Assembly: GCA_963710605.1 (NCBI GenBank) | Contig: CAVQBA010000004.1 | Span: 1,216,001-1,280,000 of the forward strand | Reading direction: 5' to 3' | Source of the DNA: an uncultured cyanobacterium | Lineage (GTDB): Bacteria > Cyanobacteriota > Cyanobacteriia > Cyanobacteriales > Cyanobacteriaceae | DNA length: 64,000 bases | Part shown: positions 10,981 to 22,670 of the stretch, one piece after another | How positions within the stretch are numbered: the first letter of the stretch is position 1 | How the letters are laid out: every line of letters starts with the position of its first letter | Notes under the pieces: generated by a model | The model's input: the letters and a program-made list of their open reading frames with translations, nothing else | Databases searched by the model: none | Told to the model about the DNA's origin: nothing | Made by a program: the position numbers and the translations under genes

Positions 10981-12186
10981 TCAAGCAACACTACATACTA
11001 GCTTTTTTTCGGTGACAAGATATTTATTCACTAAACTGTATAATTCTGGTTGAGAAAAGGGTTTAGTTAGATAATGGGTTGTACCAGCTATTTGCCCTTT
11101 GAGTTTATCGACTAAAGTATCTTTTCCTGTGAGCATAATTATCGGTAATTTTTTGAAGCGTTCCATATTACGGATTGTTTTACACATTTGTAAACCGTCA
11201 ATATTTGGTAAACCGACATCTAATAACACTAAATCTACTTTGGTTTTATTTAAGATTTTTAATCCTTCGATCGCATTAGTGGCAAGTATAATATTATATT
11301 GATTGCCTAAAAATTTTTGAATAAGATTATGCACCGTTGGGCTATCATCTACTGTCAAAATTGTCATTCGACGATCGTTAATAACCTCTTTTTTACTTTG
11401 TAATTGCTCGGTGCGATTTTTGTTATCATCAGTTTTTTGTTGTGGAAATTTAATCCAACCTTTCTTAGCCCAATTAAAATAAAAATTAGCAATTTTTAAA
11501 GCATCTTGATCAATTTCTTGAGCAATATCAACTAAAGAATTTTGATTATTAATCCATTTTTTTATATGTTGTAAAATCTTACTTTGATCAATTTTATCAA
11601 CAATATTTTTATCTTTACTTAAATGCGGTATAGCTTCCATTGAATAAATGTAAGTTTGTAAAGATTTCCATTGTTTTTGCCGACTCTGAAGATTTTTAAT
11701 TAAACTAAGAATATTAAAACCATGATGATCTTCACCAAAGGATAAATCAAAATTAAGTGACTGATTTAAACTTAATTTGCAGAAATAAGGAAAGACTTGT
11801 TCTAATGCTCTAATTGTTTGATCATAAACGTACTCTTCTATCTCTTTCCATTTAAACAGACGCATTTGAACTAAAATATCTAATAGTTCTCGTATAGAAG
11901 ATTGATTAACGGCTTTATTTTTCGCTATTTTTAAAGCTACACTAATCAAATTTGGTTTATATTTTTTCCCAATTTTAGTAATCAAATCATCTTGAGTTGG
12001 TATTTCATCTCCTGCGTAAATTATCTCACCATGACGCAATACCAATACTTTAGTTCGAGTTTTTGTCGCTGATACATTTGCTTCGATCGATAAAGTACCA
12101 CTAATTTTTTGATGCTGTAGTTTTAATAAATACTGACCAAAATTAGTAGTTTTGACATTCTTATCTTCAAAATCGATCGCTTGCAT
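10981..12186 (-). CDS. PatA-type response regulator (PATAN/DUF4388 + receiver)
   Basis: C-terminal REC ('VDDS', 'LLDVGLP.IDG', 'YLTKPF') after a ~270-aa N-terminal domain. Confidence 0.8.
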   Translation of the reverse strand: MQAIDFEDKNVKTTNFGQYLLKLQHQKISGTLSIEANVSATKTRTKVLVLRHGEIIYAGDEIPTQDDLITKIGKKYKPNLISVALKIAKNKAVNQSSIRELLDILVQMRLFKWKEIEEYVYDQTIRALEQVFPYFCKLSLNQSLNFDLSFGEDHHGFNILSLIKNLQSRQKQWKSLQTYIYSMEAIPHLSKDKNIVDKIDQSKILQHIKKWINNQNSLVDIAQEIDQDALKIANFYFNWAKKGWIKFPQQKTDDNKNRTEQLQSKKEVINDRRMTILTVDDSPTVHNLIQKFLGNQYNIILATNAIEGLKILNKTKVDLVLLDVGLPNIDGLQMCKTIRNMERFKKLPIIMLTGKDTLVDKLKGQIAGTTHYLTKPFSQPELYSLVNKYLVTEKKLVCSVA

Positions 12187-12617
12187 TAGCTTTTTCCTTT
12201 TAATTCTACAAGTAAAAACAAAACAAAATTAATTTGAATTCAATTCAATCATTACTTAAAACAAATTAATTAAATTTTAACTAAATACTATTATGAAAAC
12301 CAATTGTGGAGATTTTGTGGAGATTTTTCTTGGCTGTAATATTTATTTAATAAAATTAGATTTAAATTTTAATAAACTATATTTTTCTTTACAATTATTA
12401 ACATTATAATTAACGGTAATTAGCAGATAAAAGCATTTTATTCAGATTATAATAGCATCACCTAAATCATCATTTTTCCTAAAAATATTATAATATAGAC
12501 TCACGATCGTTCAAGGTAAATAGCATAAATATTTTTAAGTTTTTTTTTGGCTTAAAACAATTAATTTATTAACCAAAATTGTTTATTTATTTAATTCGAT
12601 TTAGTTTTATTTTCAAT

Positions 12618-12727
12618 ATATAGCATTTCCCAGATTTATGAGGTACAGTTCATATTTGTAAGTCCCCCTTTACAAGGGGGATTTAGGGGGATCGCTCTGT
12701 ACTTTATAATACTAATAATTGCTATAT
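12618..12727. repeat. MITE-like element with a CCCCCTT...AAGGGGG hairpin core
   Basis: Terminal IR ATATAGCA/TGCTATAT, inner IR TATGAGGTACAG/CTGTACTTTATA (10/12), GC-rich core CCCCCTTTACAAGGGGGATTTAGGGGGA. Confidence 0.65.
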
Positions 12728-13181
12728 TTTTAATCAGTATATTATAAGTTTATCAAAGTTCAAGTCCAGTAATACGAATCTTTTAACAGCCTATATCACA
12801 AAAAGAGTTTATCTTGTTTTGATTAAGTTAACCGTAAATAATTATTATTAATATCCCAATTAAATTTGAACTCTATTTTTGTCAGATAATTGAATTAATA
12901 ATTTTAAACTGATGTCATATAGAAAGAAGATAATGATTAATTAAAGCATTCTATCTCTTTTAAGAAAATAAAATATATCTATATTTTTCCTCAAGCTAAC
13001 TACTCAGTTCTATATAGAAACGTAAATTATAGACTAATGAATGATGATAGTATTAATTTAGAAATATTTCTTAATTAAAGAAAAATCAAATTGAGGAAAC
13101 AGAAGTTAAAACACTAATTAGAGTCGCTAAATATGCTAAAATAATTGCTTGTGAATCTTCATTTTCTTTTGACCCAAATTT

Positions 13182-15518
13182 ATGAATTCGAGTATTGATT
13201 TTCTTAGTCAACTAAATTTGTCTCAACGTAAAGCAGTAGAACATTATTGTGGTCCATTATTAGTTGTTGCAGGGGCAGGTTCGGGAAAAACAAGAGCATT
13301 AACGTCTCGAATAGCTAATTTAATTTTGACTCACAAAGTAGCACCAGAGAATATCTTAGCCGTCACCTTTACCAATAAAGCGGCGAAAGAAATGAAAGAA
13401 AGGATAGAATTAATTTTTGCTCAACAAATAGCGCAAGAAAAGCATGGGCAAAAACTAGAAGTATTAGATCAATTAATTCAAAACAAAATTAAATCTCATG
13501 TTTATCGGCAAATTATCAAGCCGCTTTGGGTAGGTACATTTCATAGTTTGTGTGCCAGAATTCTACGTTACGATATTAATAAATATCAAGATGAAAAAGG
13601 ACGTAGTTGGCAAAAAAACTTTACAATTATGGATGAGTCAGATGTCCAAACTTTGATCAAACAAATTGTCACGAAAAAGCTCAATCTTGATGATAAAAAA
13701 TTTGAACCTCGTAAAATAAGATTCATTATTAGTAATCTCAAAAATATTGGTCTTTCTCCACAACAATATGCTAGAGAAAATGTTGATTATAAAGGTAGAG
13801 TAATTGCCGAGATATATGAAGAATATCAAAATCAATTATGTTCTAATAACTGTCTTGATTTTGATGACTTACTTATTATTCCTGTGCGCTTGTTTCAGGC
13901 GAATGAATCGATTTTGGGTTATTGGTATCAGAAGTTTAATCATATTTTAGTTGATGAATATCAAGATACAAATCAAATTCAATATCAGTTAATTAGACTT
14001 TTATCTACTAATAATGAACCAGAGAAAAAAGATTGGCAATGGCAAAATAGGTCAGTTTTTGTAGTAGGAGATGCTGATCAATCTATCTACTCTTTTCGCA
14101 TGGCTGACTTTACGATATTGTTGAATTTTCAGCAAGATTTTGGTGATGGTTTACCTGATGAAACTACCGAAACGATGATTAAATTAGAAGAAAATTATCG
14201 CTCTAAAGAGAATATTTTAGAGGCGGCAAACTGTTTGATTGAACATAATAGTCAAAGAATAGATAAAGTTTTAAAGGCAACTAGAGGAGAAGGCGAAAAT
14301 ATTTATCTTTATCGAGCAGATAACGAAAGGCAAGAAGCTAGTTTTGTTTGCCGACAAATGAAACAATTAATTAGAGAAAATTCTGAGTTAAATTGGGGTG
14401 GATTTGCTATTTTATATCGGATTAATTCTCAATCAAGAGCGATTGAAGATGAGTTGATTAGTAAAAATATCCCTTACAATATTGTTGGTGGTTTAAAGTT
14501 TTACGATTGAAAAGAAATTAAAGATACTTTAGCTTATCTAAGATTAATTATTAATCCGGCGGATACAGTTAGCTTATTAAGAATTATCAATACTCCGAAA
14601 AGAGGCATCGGTAAAACTACTGTCGATAATTTAATTGATGCCGCTCAACAGTTGAATGTACCTTTATGGGAAATAATTAATGATCAAACATCAGTTAATA
14701 CCTTAGCATCAAGAGCGGCTAAAAGAATCAATCAATTTGCTCAATTAATTAGTGATTGTCAAAGTAAAGTTAAAGAATATTCAGCCGTCGAGATAGCCAA
14801 TTACGTGCTTACGACTTCTGGTTACTCAGAGGATTTAAAATCTCAAGGCACAGACGAAGCTGATAACCGTTTAGCTAACTTAAATGAGTTAATTAATGCT
14901 ATGTCACAGTTTGAGCAAGATGACGAAGATTCAAGTTTAGAAGGTTTTTTAAGTAATGCTTCTTTAGCCTCAGATTTAGATAATCTAGAAGAAGATAATC
15001 AAGCTGTTTCTTTAATGACTTTACACTCAGCTAAGGGTTTAGAGTTTCCTATTGTCTTTTTAGTCGGTTTTGAGCAAGGATTATTACCTCATAATCGTAG
15101 TTTACAAGATGCGATGGAGTTAGAAGAAGAAAGACGCTTGTGTTATGTTGGTATTACTAGAGCCAAAGAACAGTTATTTATTAGTCATGCTAAAGAGAGA
15201 TATTCCTGGGGAAATGTTGATTATGCTTCTCCATCGCAGTTTATCCAAGAGTTACCTGAGCATTTATTAACCACAAGTGTCTCATCTGCTTCTATGATTA
15301 GGAAAAAAACTATTATATCTGATGCCGAGTCAGAAATTGAACCTATATCGAATACTCATGATTGGCAAGAAAACGATCGAGTTTTTCATCCTAATTTTGG
15401 TGTCGGGGTGATTACTCATTTATTAGGAATAGGTAAACGCAATACGATCGTTGTACAATTCGAGGTAGGTAGAAAAATTATTAATCCTAACCATACTAAA
15501 CTTGAGAAAGTGGAATAG
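13182..15518 (+). CDS. pcrA: ATP-dependent DNA helicase PcrA/UvrD; in-frame TGA at 14508-14510 (probably CGA)
   Basis: AGAGSGKT, DEYQD, VGDADQSIY, 'TLHSAKGLEF', 'EERRLCYVGITRA'. The two ORFs are in frame and the stop replaces R of FYD[R]KEIKD. Confidence 0.9.
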
Positions 15519-15571
15519 CTATGAGTAATTAATACTATTTACTCAAAACACACCTTACTTTTTGCTTAGTA

Positions 15572-16036
15572 TTATTCATCGATATAGAAACGATAGAAGA
15601 AATAATCATCTCTAAAATCATGCTCATCAGCGACATGATGAATAATTTTTAAATCGATTAATTCTTGTCCTAATCTAAGGGCTTCAGGTTTAGATAAACT
15701 ATATTTAGCTTCTATCCATTTTACAACCTCGTTTCCTACAAAACACTGAGGATACGATGTGAGTCTGTATCTTCTGTCTTTGATTTCTATACCACCATCA
15801 CTACGCAAATCATTAACTAAAGTCATAATACGTTCATCGTATAAATCGATTAGTTGATTATTTTCTATTCTAACGAGGCTATTTTTCAAATATCCTTCTA
15901 ATTTATCATAACTACTTCCAGAATGTTCACTTAACCAATTTTGAGTTATTTTTAATGATTCTGTGGGTGAGACTTTGAATCTCATCAATAACAGTGCGAG
16001 TATTTTTTCTTGTGTTTTCTTGTTTTCAACCATCAT
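15572..16036 (-). CDS. DEP-domain-containing protein
   Basis: 'IKDRRYRLTSYPQCFVGNEVVKW...EALRLGQEL...IIHHV.DEHDF.D..FFYRF'. Confidence 0.75.
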   Translation of the reverse strand: MMVENKKTQEKILALLLMRFKVSPTESLKITQNWLSEHSGSSYDKLEGYLKNSLVRIENNQLIDLYDERIMTLVNDLRSDGGIEIKDRRYRLTSYPQCFVGNEVVKWIEAKYSLSKPEALRLGQELIDLKIIHHVADEHDFRDDYFFYRFYIDE

Positions 16037-16328
16037 GACGCTGATTTATTGAGTTTTTATTTATCAGTAATAGCCAAAAAAAACTTAGATTATCAGTTCA
16101 AATCATTTAAGGTAGATAAATTAGTTTAACGATTAATAATGTTCAAACTATAATTAAATTTACTATTTTTTAAATGAAAATGACAGTATAATCTTCAAAA
16201 ACTTGACTAATGTTTTTACGAACTATAAATATAATATAATATCGAATAATGAAAATTTTCTGAAAAAAATCTGAAAACCCTATCATAAATACACGATCGA
16301 GAATTGATGATTATTAAATATCGATTAG

Positions 16329-16745
16329 TTATTGGTCGATCGCTTTAGTGTAAAATTGTCGAATAGTTTGAATCATTTGTTCAATTACAGACTTACCACC
16401 TTGAGATTCAGGATCAAAATCTTGTAAACGACTAAGTAGCTTAGCTTCTTGGATATCAATATCACCATCACTATAAACTAAAGCACTAATCGATTCTAAT
16501 AATTCTTGATAATCTTCAAGAGTAGGATTTTTACCCAGATAATCTTCTAACCATTCATAACATTGGTTAGAAGTAACGGGTTTTATTCCTGAAAATAAAG
16601 ACTTAATATCAGGATCATCTTGTAGATTATATTCACTAACTTTAGTTGTTAAATATTCTCTTTCTTCTGATTGGATAATACCATCAATCCATGCTGTACC
16701 AATTAAGATTTTGATTAATTGTTTTGTTTTTTCTTTGTTCGACAT
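16329..16745 (-). CDS. TerB-like (tellurite resistance fold) protein
   Basis: 'ILIGTAWIDGIIQSEEREYL', 'LVYSDGDIDIQEAKLL'. Confidence 0.7.
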   Translation of the reverse strand: MSNKEKTKQLIKILIGTAWIDGIIQSEEREYLTTKVSEYNLQDDPDIKSLFSGIKPVTSNQCYEWLEDYLGKNPTLEDYQELLESISALVYSDGDIDIQEAKLLSRLQDFDPESQGGKSVIEQMIQTIRQFYTKAIDQ

Positions 16746-16747
16746 AA

Positions 16748-18088
16748 TTAATTTCCTTTGACTAATTTGACCATAAAAAATCCATCCATATTATCTGTAG
16801 GTGGAAAAATTTTTACTATTCCTTTTGATATTATCGAAAAATCCTCTTCTCGTTCATTACTTTTTATATCTAACTGCCATTGAGGATGGTTTTTTAAAAA
16901 TTGTTCCACGATATCCTCATTTTCAGCTTGATTTAATGTACAAGTAGAATACACCAAAACACCACCGGGGCGTACCCATCCAGACGCATTTTCTAAAATC
17001 TGCATTTGTAATTTGGTTAGATTATCTATTTGTGTTGGTTTTTTTTGCCAACGAATATCAGGATTTTTGTGTAGTGTCCCCAAACCAGAACATGGTACAT
17101 CAACTAAAACTCGATCGGCAAAACCTTTACCTAAGTCTAAACTGGTACTATCACCTTCGTGTATTTTAATCGAACTTAACTTTAATCGATCGTAATTTTG
17201 TTTTATTTTTTCTAACCGTTTCGGGTAACAATCAACAGCAATGATATTACCCTTATCACTCATTAATTCAGCTAGATGAGTTGTTTTACTTCCGGGGGCG
17301 GCACAGGCATCGACAATAGTTTCACCTGATTGTGGATTAAGTATCAAGCTTGTAAGTTGAGCACTAGCAGATTGAATACTAAATAAACCCTGTTCAAATT
17401 CAGGTAAATTCGTTATGTTTCCTCGTGATTGTGTCATCCTTAATAGTTGAGGAAAATTAGTAACTGTACTAGTGGTAATACCTTTATCTAATAATTGAGA
17501 TTGTAATTCCTCGGTAGTTATTTTAAGGGTATTAACTCTTAAATCTAAATGAGGAGATTGGTTAAACCACTGCAATAATTTTTCAGTTTCCTCACGAGAA
17601 AATTGCTCAGCGAACAAAGTAACTATCCAATCAGGAAAACTATATTTAACTCCTAATTGAGGTATATAAGTATTCGGTAAAACCAAACAATCATGATTAT
17701 CTGCCGATTTACGTAAATACGATCGTAAAATACCATTAACTACCCCCGCAATTTTAGTCATCCCGTTTTGTTTAGCCAAATCAACACTAGTGTTAACCGC
17801 CGCTGAAACAGGAATTTTATCAAGATAACGTAGTTGATATAAACCTAGCTGAAGAATAATCCTTAACTTTAAAGGTTGTGCTGAGGCTTTTTTAGTTGCT
17901 AACTGATTAATTAAGCTATCAAGAGTGCGTTTTCTCCTAACTACACCATAAACTAATTCTGAAACTAAATTACGCTCAACAGCACTAATAGAAGTTTGAG
18001 TTAGGTGCTTTTGTAAAGCAATATCTGTATAAGCTTTTTTTTGATATATATCTTGTAAGATTAAATACGCTAACTGACGAGAAGCCAT
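16748..18088 (-). CDS. rsmB: 16S rRNA m5C967 methyltransferase RsmB/Sun
   Basis: NusB-like N-domain, 'DACAAPGSKT', 'DVPCSGLG', 'YSTCT'. Real start is MASRQLA at 18088; the longer ORF is read through heptamer repeats. Confidence 0.9.
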   Translation of the reverse strand: MASRQLAYLILQDIYQKKAYTDIALQKHLTQTSISAVERNLVSELVYGVVRRKRTLDSLINQLATKKASAQPLKLRIILQLGLYQLRYLDKIPVSAAVNTSVDLAKQNGMTKIAGVVNGILRSYLRKSADNHDCLVLPNTYIPQLGVKYSFPDWIVTLFAEQFSREETEKLLQWFNQSPHLDLRVNTLKITTEELQSQLLDKGITTSTVTNFPQLLRMTQSRGNITNLPEFEQGLFSIQSASAQLTSLILNPQSGETIVDACAAPGSKTTHLAELMSDKGNIIAVDCYPKRLEKIKQNYDRLKLSSIKIHEGDSTSLDLGKGFADRVLVDVPCSGLGTLHKNPDIRWQKKPTQIDNLTKLQMQILENASGWVRPGGVLVYSTCTLNQAENEDIVEQFLKNHPQWQLDIKSNEREEDFSIISKGIVKIFPPTDNMDGFFMVKLVKGN

Positions 18089-18094
18089 GGATAA

Positions 18095-18169
18095 TAAGTA
18101 ATGAGTAAGAAGTAATAAGTAAGAAGTAACAAGTAAGAAGTAACAAGTAAGAAGTAACAAGTAAGAAGT
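18095..18169. repeat. Heptamer short tandem repeats (AGTAAGA/AGTAACA)
   Basis: About 10 imperfect 7-nt units. Similar heptamer tracts occur near 54-87, 4760-4785, 7200-7262, 19500-19550, 35220-35248, 38760-38840 and 49118-49158. Confidence 0.85.
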
Positions 18170-18185
18170 GTTAATTGCTAATTTC

Positions 18186-19490
18186 CTAACAATCGAGGGT
18201 ATTTTCTAATTCCCAATTGGTAATATAGTTACTATATTGATCCCATTGTTGATACTTCAATTTAAGATAAGAATTGACAAAAGATTCCCCAAACATTTTG
18301 TTGAAGACAGAACTTTTTTCTAAACAACGTAAAGCATCTAATAAATTAGCAGGAAGACTATCGGCTTTTGGCAAATCATCAGTTTGAGTATAACTATTAT
18401 AATCCGATCGTTCACCCGGATCAGTTTGATTTATAATACCATCTAAACCAGCGGCAATAATTGAAGCAGGAAGTAAATAAGGATTAGCCGCCCCATCAGC
18501 CAAACGAAATTCAAATCGACCTAAATCAGGAATACGAATCATATGGGTACGATTGTTACCAGCATAACTAATTGTATTCGGAGACCATGTAGCACCAGAT
18601 ACTGTCACAGGTGCATTAATCCTTTTATAAGAATTAATCGTCGGGTTAGTAAAAGCACAGATTGCCTTCGCCGATTCTAAGACACCACCAATGAAATGAT
18701 AACCTAAGCTTGAAAGTTCTGTTTCTCCCGTCATATCTTCAAATAAATTAGTTTTACCTGTGCTATCCCAGACAGAAACATGAGTATGACAACCGTTACC
18801 CGTCAGATTAGCAAACGGTTTGGGCATAAAACTGGCTCTAAAACCATGTTTACTAGCGATCGATTTCACCATATACTTAAAAAAAGCATGACGATCAGCA
18901 GTAACTAAAGCTAGGTCATACGTCCAATTCATCTCAAACTGTCCATTAGCATCTTCATGATCATTTTGATACGGTTTCCAACCAAAAGATAACATCGCAT
19001 CACAAATCTCACTGATAACGTCATAACGACGCATCAAAGCTTGCTGATCATAACAGGGTTTACTACTACGATCACGTGAATCAGAAACTTCATGCTCATC
19101 ACCAGACAGTAAAAAATATTCGCATTCTACCCCTGTTTTGATGGTATAGCCCATCTCTTGGGCTTGCTTGAGTATTTTTTTGAGTAATAGTCGTGGAGTC
19201 TGCATTACAGGCTCTCCATCCATACCATACAAATCCGCTGGCATCCAAGCTACATCAGGTTGCCAAGGTAATTGAAACAGACTATTTCGATCGGGTATAG
19301 CTAATACATCAGCATCCGCCGGAGTTAAATCTAACCATGCCGCAAAACCAGCAAAACCTGCCCCTTCATCCGCCATTTCATCGATACTTCGGGCTGGAAC
19401 TAATTTTGCTCTTTGCACACCAAACAAATCGGTAAAAGAAATTAAAAAGTAACGAATTCCACGATCTCTTGCAATATCAGATAAAAGCAT
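18186..19490 (-). CDS. glnT: GlnT/GmaS-like glutamate--amine ligase (TIGR03105 type)
   Basis: 'YFLISFTDLFGVQRAKLVP', 'GAGFAGFA', 'YQNDHEDANGQFEMN', 'FMPKPF', 'GNNRTHMIR'. Confidence 0.8.
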   Translation of the reverse strand: MLLSDIARDRGIRYFLISFTDLFGVQRAKLVPARSIDEMADEGAGFAGFAAWLDLTPADADVLAIPDRNSLFQLPWQPDVAWMPADLYGMDGEPVMQTPRLLLKKILKQAQEMGYTIKTGVECEYFLLSGDEHEVSDSRDRSSKPCYDQQALMRRYDVISEICDAMLSFGWKPYQNDHEDANGQFEMNWTYDLALVTADRHAFFKYMVKSIASKHGFRASFMPKPFANLTGNGCHTHVSVWDSTGKTNLFEDMTGETELSSLGYHFIGGVLESAKAICAFTNPTINSYKRINAPVTVSGATWSPNTISYAGNNRTHMIRIPDLGRFEFRLADGAANPYLLPASIIAAGLDGIINQTDPGERSDYNSYTQTDDLPKADSLPANLLDALRCLEKSSVFNKMFGESFVNSYLKLKYQQWDQYSNYITNWELENTLDC

Positions 19491-19738
19491 TTTATTTTTA
19501 GGTGTTAAGTGTTAAATGTTAGGTGTTAGATGTTAGGTGTTAGGTGTCAGGTTTTAGCTTACCAAAATCCTACGTCGGATATGAGCAAAACATACACTCT
19601 ATTAAATGATTCAATTATTGAATACGAGTAACTCATGACTTATTACTCACTATACTTTGAGAACTTATCTATACTAGAAGACAAGTTTAATCCCAATTTG
19701 TCATTACAATTACTTTTAAGTTGAAGATTGATTAAGTT

Positions 19739-22069
19739 ATGGAAAAATTAGCACCGACAAATAACTTTAAAAGTTTGCTAGCGAAAATCAAAGCCTTACC
19801 GCAACCTAAAACCGAAGAATCGATTCTCTTAAGAATTCTTGTCCAATTAATGGTTATTGTCGCTATCGTAGCTACAGATGTAGCGGCTCTGAACATTTTC
19901 TGGATGAGTACTTGGGCAATACCTTTAAGTATCGTTGGTGCGGTAGTGAGTTGGCGTAGAAGAAAGCAAAAAAATATTGGCATAAAATTTATGTTAGCGA
20001 TCGCTATGGTTGCTACATTAGTCATTTTCTTTGGTAATCTGCTTAGTAATATCAACGATACCCGACTTGTTTTAGCTGAATTTTTAATCCAATTACAAGT
20101 TTTGCATAGCTTTGATTTACCCAGACGTAAGGATTTAGGTTATTCAATGGTTATTGCTTTAATCTTGATTGGTGTATCGGCTACTTTATCGCAAACCCTC
20201 GCTTTTGCCCCTTGGCTATTACTGCTACTAGTTTTAGCTATTCCTACCTTAATTTTAGATTATCGATTGCAAATGGGCTTGACTAGTTGGGAAAAACAAT
20301 GGTCAAAAAAATCATCTATTTCTCAATCAACCTCAACAAAAACTAGCTCATTATCTCTTAAAAAAGTCGGTTTTTATATTGCTATCATTATTACCCTAGG
20401 TTTAGCTATCTTTGCGATTATGCCTCGTTATCCAGGGTATCAAATTCAAAGTTTCCCTGTTAGTGCGCCCGATGGCTTTGAAAATCGTGATTTTACCGGG
20501 GCTGATAGAAGTGTTGTTAATCCGGGTTATAACCCTGATGGTACGCCTAATGGCGATTTGATTGGTGAAGGAGAAAATGGTGCAGGGCAACAAGACGACA
20601 CTTCTTATTATGGTTTTAATACTAAAATCAATCAAAACTTTAGTAATACAATTGGAACTAAAGAATTACTGTTTAGAATTCGATCGCAATATCCGGGTTA
20701 CTGGCGAGTTTTAGGATTTGATCATTATACAGGACAAGGATGGGAAATTCTTAGAGAAGAACAAACGGCTGAGATTAAAAGAAATCCTTGGAATTATCAG
20801 TTTCGTCTAAATGTACCTCCAATTAAGGGAGAAACTAAAAAGGTAATTCAAACTTATACGACAGTTGTTAATTTACCAAATATTATACCTAGTCTGCGTT
20901 ATGCTCAAACTATCTATTTTCCTGCTACTGAAATTGCCGTAGATTCTGAAGGCAGTTTACGCTCTCCTTCGGGTTTAATTGATGGTTTGACTTATACCAC
21001 TATTTCTCGTGTACCTTATCGTAATCAGACTCAATTACAACAAGCAGGAGATAATTATCCTGATTTAATTGAAAAATATTATTTAAGTTTGCCCCCAGAG
21101 GTTAAAGTCAGAGTAAAAGTAAAAGCAGAAGAATTATTAGCACTTGCCGATCGTGAATTAACCTCTAATTATGATAGAGCTTTGTATTTAGCTCAAGCAA
21201 TTAAACAAAATTATAGTTTACAAACCGATATTCCTCGTTTAGCTGAAGGGGAAGATTTAGCCGAGGCTTTTTTAGAGCAAAACCAAGGTGGTTATCCTGA
21301 TCATTTTGCGACGGTTTATACTTTGATGTTACGATCGTTAGATATTCCTAGTCGTTTAGTCGTCGGTTTTGCACCCGGAAGATTTAACCCTTTTACTGGT
21401 TATTATTTGGTACATAACACCGATGCTTATGCTATGACTGAGGTTTATTTTCCTGATTATGGTTGGTTTTATTTCGATCCTTTACCCGGACATGATATTA
21501 TCCCTGTATCGTTTCAAGATGATAATCTTTTTGGTGTTTTAGGGTTGTTATGGAAATGGGTTGCTAGTTGGTTGCCTTCACCGATTACTGCTTTTATTAC
21601 GGCTGTTTTCAGTCGAATATCTCAAGCAATTTTAAGTATATTTCAAGCACCTTGGTTAGCTAAATTATGGCAATTTATAACTGGTAGTTTTATTGGTGTT
21701 TTATTAGGTTTTTTGGGTTTAATTATTCTTAGTTTTATCGCTTGGTTACTTTTTAAATATTTCCAGAAAGTCTGGGAAACACGTCGTTTAAATAAACTTC
21801 ATCCGATGGCTAAAATATATCAACAAATGCTAAATCTACTACAAGAAAAAGGTCATCTTAAAAATAAAGCTCAAACTCCTTATCAATATAGTCATAGTTT
21901 AAGTAATGTAGTCGAAAGCGAACAGTTAGAAATTATCAATTTGATTACTGACAATTATGTCCAATGGCGTTATGGTAAACTAACTCCGAATACAGAGCGT
22001 TTACGATCGCAATTTGCTTTATTACAAAAAAGTTTTGATCGCAATCGCCAGTTGACTATTAGTAATTAG
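19739..22069 (+). CDS. TgpA-like membrane transglutaminase-domain protein (DUF3488/DUF4129)
   Basis: N-terminal TM bundle, 'DHYTGQGW', 'IPSRLVVGF', 'EVYFPDYGW..FDP'. The usual G-x-C triad Cys and the HAW His appear replaced (GGYPDHF, YAMTE). Confidence 0.8.
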   Translation: MEKLAPTNNFKSLLAKIKALPQPKTEESILLRILVQLMVIVAIVATDVAALNIFWMSTWAIPLSIVGAVVSWRRRKQKNIGIKFMLAIAMVATLVIFFGNLLSNINDTRLVLAEFLIQLQVLHSFDLPRRKDLGYSMVIALILIGVSATLSQTLAFAPWLLLLLVLAIPTLILDYRLQMGLTSWEKQWSKKSSISQSTSTKTSSLSLKKVGFYIAIIITLGLAIFAIMPRYPGYQIQSFPVSAPDGFENRDFTGADRSVVNPGYNPDGTPNGDLIGEGENGAGQQDDTSYYGFNTKINQNFSNTIGTKELLFRIRSQYPGYWRVLGFDHYTGQGWEILREEQTAEIKRNPWNYQFRLNVPPIKGETKKVIQTYTTVVNLPNIIPSLRYAQTIYFPATEIAVDSEGSLRSPSGLIDGLTYTTISRVPYRNQTQLQQAGDNYPDLIEKYYLSLPPEVKVRVKVKAEELLALADRELTSNYDRALYLAQAIKQNYSLQTDIPRLAEGEDLAEAFLEQNQGGYPDHFATVYTLMLRSLDIPSRLVVGFAPGRFNPFTGYYLVHNTDAYAMTEVYFPDYGWFYFDPLPGHDIIPVSFQDDNLFGVLGLLWKWVASWLPSPITAFITAVFSRISQAILSIFQAPWLAKLWQFITGSFIGVLLGFLGLIILSFIAWLLFKYFQKVWETRRLNKLHPMAKIYQQMLNLLQEKGHLKNKAQTPYQYSHSLSNVVESEQLEIINLITDNYVQWRYGKLTPNTERLRSQFALLQKSFDRNRQLTISN

Positions 22070-22670
22070 TTTTATCGATCGTTTATCTGATTGAATTAAG
22101 AAAAATTATTAACAATAAATTATTTATTAATTATTATTAAAATTTAATCTTCACCGATAAACTAAGTTATAATTGATACTACTAAAAATTTATTTTCTTA
22201 AAGTAAAAATTATAGATAGAATCAGAACAAAAAAAAGAAAAGATTCAGTAGAAAGTGAATTAATACGGTCTTTTGTCGAAAACGACGATCGTTTTAACGA
22301 AACACATAAGATAAATAAATCAAACTGAAATTGGCAAAAATAAACCTTGGTTACAATTTGATTTAATAATCTATTATCTATTATTAATTGTTATTCATTC
22401 TTGATAATTTATCGAAAAATCACCTTTGCCTTTTGCACGAGTGCACGAGTGCCCTTTTGACGCTCAGTATAAACACTTAAAGTAATCAAGGAAAAGCTCT
22501 TATAATTAAAAGATTAGACAAAAAATCAGTAATTAAGCTGATCTAAAAAACCATATTTTCCAGTAAAATCATATTATCCGACAAAAAATAACCACTGAGG
22601 TTGTCCAAATAACTTTATGTATTTATTTGCGAAAATTTAAATTATCGTTTGTACACTATTGTAGATAGCC

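Noticed and set aside
14505-14513. Genome-wide TGA recoding or selenocysteine
   Set aside because: TGA ends ordinary genes in this window (e.g. higB, the IEP), the expected residue is Arg, and both cases share the CGATCG context.
18089-18160. N-terminal extensions of RsmB and PhoX (52183-52254) in the ORF track
   Set aside because: They are read-through of heptamer tandem repeats; good ATG starts lie downstream.
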